Assembly: GCA_010909165.1 (NCBI GenBank)
Contig: VJWM01000186.1
Span: forward strand, 377,050 to 441,049
Source of the DNA: Anthoceros angustus
Lineage: Eukaryota > Plantae > Anthocerotophyta
Length of the DNA stretch: 64,000 bases
Reading direction: 5' to 3'
The translations under genes and the position numbers were made by a program. The notes below the pieces were generated by a model. That model did no database searches and was not told the DNA's origin. It saw nothing but the letters and a program-made list of their open reading frames with translations. Each line of letters starts with the position of its first letter. Position 1 is the stretch's first letter. This document shows, in pieces, positions 60,608-64,000 of the stretch.

Positions 60608-63600
60608 TGTGGTGTGAAAATAAGTCAGGATGACAGTAGGCAAAGGTATTTATAAAAGAAACGTCCATGGCCTATGGTTTTTTTTCTTTGTTTTTATTTC
60701 TTAGGTTAGATAATAAAGGGTCCGGGAACTCAATGTTCCTTGGCCCATGGACTTGGGATGTCCATTAAAAGGTCTATATATGTGAGATAGAGGGTTGGTA
60801 TAAGTAGGGAGTGATGGTCTATAGGTTTGGAGTCAACCGAGGGCGGTAGCTGAATGAGTGTGGGGTTGTGGATTGGGGGGTGGAGCGGCGGTCGTAGAGA
60901 TCGAACAGGGGTAGGGGAACCTGGGGGACTTAACCCTAGGAAATGATGGTCCGCTCTGCATAACCGAGAGCGTAACGGACGGGGAGCGAGCAGGAGCGCG
61001 ACGACGGCCAGCGCGATGACCAAGTCGAGGAGCGTCTGGGAGACATTCATTCTGCAGGAGGAGGCGCGGCGCATCCACGAAGGAGAAACCTCCATCAGCG
61101 ATATCGCGATCATGCTAGAGGAGGTAGGAACCCCAGACCCACCGCTAGGAAATTCGCGGTAGTGTCCGATTTGAGGCTTCGGAAACTGAAGCAGTGGAGG
61201 GATGGCACCCAAGGTCGCAGCTAAGATTGTGCTTGCCCAATGGCCAAACATGGATCATTGGAAAGTCCGAAATCCGGGGAATTGGTGAAGAAAGGCTGGG
61301 CTTCATGGAAGCACCGAATCACGTGAACACGGAGATGTGAGTGCGCCGCCATCCGAAAAGGCAAGCAATCGGGCAGAGGATTAGAGCGAAGCCCAGATTG
61401 GACTGGAATTGGTTAGGGAGTGTATGGGGCGCAAAGGAGGAGGCAGGTGGTTTGGTGGTGGAACTCTTCCGAAAAGGAGCACAAGAAGAAAGCAGCATAC
61501 AGCCCGGTTAAGGCGGGCGTAATCCGGAACCCAACGGCCTTGGTACGCCTTGGCAAGCAAAGAGTTGATGGGTTTGGCCGGATGGCTTCGTTTCCCTACA
61601 AAGACAAGAAGAGGAAGACCGGGGTGGCAAACGGGCCTCGGCCGAACAAGTGAAGGTGGACGCGTCTGTGTCAAGGCGGGTGCTGCAGAAAGTGAAGGCC
61701 AATCGGCGGTTGAGGTGGCGGAAGAAGAGGCGGCAGTCGGAGGAAGACCCGGTGTCGACTGGATGCGGTGGTGAACCAACCCGGGGAGGAATTAGAGGCC
61801 TCGAGGCGGACCTCTCCTCGGCATGGGAGGAGATTTTCAAGGGGACTCCAGCAGGGGGAGTTTGAATTGGTGAGGGTGCGCACCTTGCTGGGGAGGAAAG
61901 TGCTCGGCGGAGGATGGCGTCGCGCAGGCCGCCTGGCAGGTGGTTGCGGGGCAGACATCAATGATCCGGGCCCAAGCAGTTTGTTAGATCAAGCGGCCTT
62001 AGCTCTCCACATGGCTCGTGTGCAAGGCGGCGGAAGAAGTAGTGAAGGCGGGTTGTGAAGAGGCCAAGCGCAAACAGCTGGAGGAAGACAAGCGAGACCT
62101 AGAGGAAAAAGGGCCAAGATTCGGAGGATTTGTGCGGGGCTCGGAGAAGTTCTGAGGCCATGTGAGTCGTGAGAAGCTCATGGCTCAAATTAAGGATGCC
62201 CATGAGGCGAACCGAGATCACGGGGAGGCGTGACCCAGGGAGCAAGGCGGCCTCGTGGAAAGGCCCATAAGTGGGAGCGGTATAAGCGGAGGCGGGATGA
62301 GGCCGTGGCCGGGCAGAAAGGACAAAGGGAAAGGGGCGGTGGCGGGACCCACGGCAGGGGTAGTGGAAGGGCTACGAAGGAAAGAGCAACAGCAGTGGCA
62401 GAAACACCTACGGGGTTCTTTGAGCAGGACACGTCGTGGAGTCCACCACCCCAGTGGCGGGCTGCACTCGGCATTGGCGAGCCCAACTGAGGCGGCCATG
62501 AGGCGGAGGCGGCAGGGATGCGACGGCGCCTCGCGAGGACATGGGCCGAGCAACAGCGAGTGTAGCCACGGGAGGAGGAGTAAGCACCTCTCGGCGAGGT
62601 CCTATTGTTGCGGCACATGGATGAGGAAACTTATGTTTTGGTCTCTATGTGAATGAGAGCAGCGTGTAACCTCACTTGTCCATGCGTGTGGAAATAGGAG
62701 GATCGGGGCCTACCTCACAAGTGAGGACTCGAAGTGCATACTTGTACCGCTGGCAGTGTGGGGTTGGCCCCTATTGTCACGGAGGCGACTTTGGAGGAGT
62801 TAAGTGAGGAGGAGGTCGGGCTTGGGTGGACGAGGGCAGTAATAATCCTCGGCAATAGGCGGCAAGCGGAAGGCCTTGAAGCTCCAGGCGAGGCACACCT
62901 CAAATTAGGGCGTCCAGCGGTAGCGGTGAGGTGGAAGTATTGTGGGAAAACACCGGATCGGCGTGGCGGGAGGGCTCGTGGCGGCGGCAATGGAGGACAA
63001 AGGCGGTGGCCAGGTCGAGGGGAATGGCGTAAGCGGTGGTGATAGCATCCTAAAGGCTAGATTTGGTTAGGGTCTTTGCATTGGACCTAGGATCGCTCAA
63101 TTGTGGGCGTCCCTTCATGATAGCCATCTTGGGACCTAAAAATCCGGGGCATGGTGCCCGGCCGATGTATAAGAGGGGCGAATTATGCCCCTCCGTGAGA
63201 TAATTTACGGTTTGAGATCCCCCATTGCTGTGGCTGGTTGGAGGCGTCCGATTGGCGGTGTGCGAGGCGCTCTAGAGGTGGTCGAGGCTTGCTCCATGAG
63301 GCCGAGGAGGGGTGAGTGGCAGCTCCTCGGCGGAGGAAATCGAGAAGGATTGGCGGGGCGGGTCTGGAGCTTGCCTCTTTGCTGTTGTGGCAAATTCTTC
63401 CTCACCTTACCCGCTTCTTTTGTGTTCATTAAGTGTATGTGGTGTGTGGATGGCTGGGGGCGTGTCGAGAGAGAGAAAAGTGGAAGAGTGAATCGGAGGA
63501 GAAGAAGGTGAGCCTTTGTCTGTGCGAGGTGTAAGGCGGTGTGGTGAAGGTGAGGAGGAGAACTAAGCTGAGTGACTAAGCGGTGGAAATTAGCAAATTA

Positions 63601-63789
63601 GAGGATCCCAAAGCGGTCTTTCGTGAAGGTGAGCACAGAGAAATATCATTCCCTTCCAGGGTGTGAGGCGGCCCCTTTGTGTGTGTGTGAGAAAGAAGTT
63701 GAGAGAGATGGAGCTTTAGTCCTAAGGGATTGCGTGTGTATGAGTGTGGAGTGTCAAATAAAGTGCAGGTGGCGGTGATAGCTGCACCG
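60608..63789 (+). repeat. LTR-G: putative ~3.2-kb LTR of a third subfamily, followed by TGGCG (possible PBS) and a leader similar to that of Gypsy-A
   Basis: Starts with TGTGG and GAAAATAAGTCAGG, like the A/B starts. An MAPK ATG lies ~600 bp in, TATAAGAG is at 63168, and the end GTGCAGGTGGCGGTGATAGCTGCACC resembles the Gypsy-A LTR end. The terminal CA is not intact. Confidence 0.55.
61202..62650 (+). pseudogene. LTR-embedded accessory ORF (LTR-G copy), degenerate
   Basis: MAPKVAAKIVLAQW; IRAKP-WT-ELVRECMG after one frameshift; GWLRFPTKT; coiled coil EEAKRKQLEEDKRDLEEK. The end is approximate. Confidence 0.5.
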
Positions 63790-64000
63790 TGGCGAGGACA
63801 GCGGCAGCCATATCACGCCGAGATGGTCGCTAGGGTTTGATGGGACCCACCTCTAGTGGTGAGAGCTACCATTAGTGGAGAGCATGTGATAGTAGATCAA
63901 GAGCAGCGGTTGGGGCGGGATAGGGACCGGGTGACATTCCGCACAGCGCGCCCGCGGAACAGCTTCTCTCCGGATTTCCTGCTCGGTCGCGCGGGCCGTG

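Overview
Land-plant genomic window. It contains one host gene, the 3' part of a class IV HD-ZIP (HD-START) gene at 1-2707 (+), with clean GT-AG introns and the conserved HD-ZIP IV 3'UTR paired motifs. The remaining ~60 kb is a nest of transposable elements. Ty1/Copia elements: a split host fragment, Copia-1 (4964-13148), Copia-2 (29498-51186) and a truncated Copia-3 (~52635-56498). Athila-like Ty3/Gypsy elements have unusually long LTRs of 3.2-4.6 kb: Gypsy-A, the complete Gypsy-B (29594-44177) and two further LTRs. There are also two copies of a Gypsy-type accessory-ORF segment (D, D') and a non-autonomous CACTA element (53095-54719). The main novelty candidates are: (1) a ~2.6-kb protein-coding ORF inside the U3 of the giant Gypsy LTRs, seen in five LTR copies from about three subfamilies; (2) a ~190-aa ORF between PBS and gag that is conserved at protein level in two divergent Copia elements and preceded by an array of RNA hairpins; (3) an antisense 3' ORF and non-TG/CA termini in Copia-2. 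Caveat: the repeats are rich in single-base indels and local tandem duplications, so some frameshifts and duplications may be long-read assembly or polishing artefacts. Boundaries given as approximate were read by eye; no database searches were run.
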